This document shows, piece after piece, positions 61,478 through 64,000 of a DNA stretch of 64,000 nt. Numbering within the stretch: position 1 is the stretch's first letter; each line of letters opens with the position of its first letter. The position numbers and the translations under genes are program-made. Below the pieces are notes generated by a model. The model saw only the letters and a list, made by a program, of their open reading frames with translations, had not been told where the DNA came from and made no database searches. This DNA comes from the human T2T-CHM13v2.0 reference genome, Homo sapiens, in the NCBI RefSeq assembly GCF_009914755.1, contig NC_060943.1; one strand, written 5' to 3'.

Positions 61478-64000
<2,523 letters not shown>

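Overview
This is human (primate) genomic DNA: GC-rich, very Alu-dense, and recognisable from its protein sequences as the chr19p13.3 PRR22-DUS3L-NRTN-FUT6 interval. I reconstructed four intact genes by hand from splice sites and reading frames. PRR22 (minus, 3 exons) gives 422 aa. DUS3L (minus, 13 exons, one GC-AG intron) gives 650 aa. NRTN (plus) has a probable non-coding CpG-island exon about 19 kb upstream plus 2 coding exons and gives 197 aa. FUT6 (minus, single coding exon) gives 359 aa. The remainder is Alu/L2/MIR/DNA-transposon sequence and simple repeats, and most long ORFs in the track are Alu or GC/low-complexity artefacts. I see no new protein-coding system, CRISPR array or RNA gene. 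The best candidates for undescribed biology are regulatory: (1) three perfect octamers at exact 11-bp spacing next to a forkhead palindrome in NRTN intron 1; (2) a uORF-loaded NRTN leader with an alternative acceptor inside an L2 element; (3) a stop-free, in-frame DUS3L intron whose frame depends on a (TG)n microsatellite; (4) a 10-mer G-rich VNTR forming the DUS3L exon 8 acceptor region; (5) a pure (GAA.TTC)50 tract grown from an Alu tail; (6) a perfect 16-bp nuclear-receptor palindrome upstream of FUT6. All coordinates were counted by eye, and repeat boundaries are approximate.
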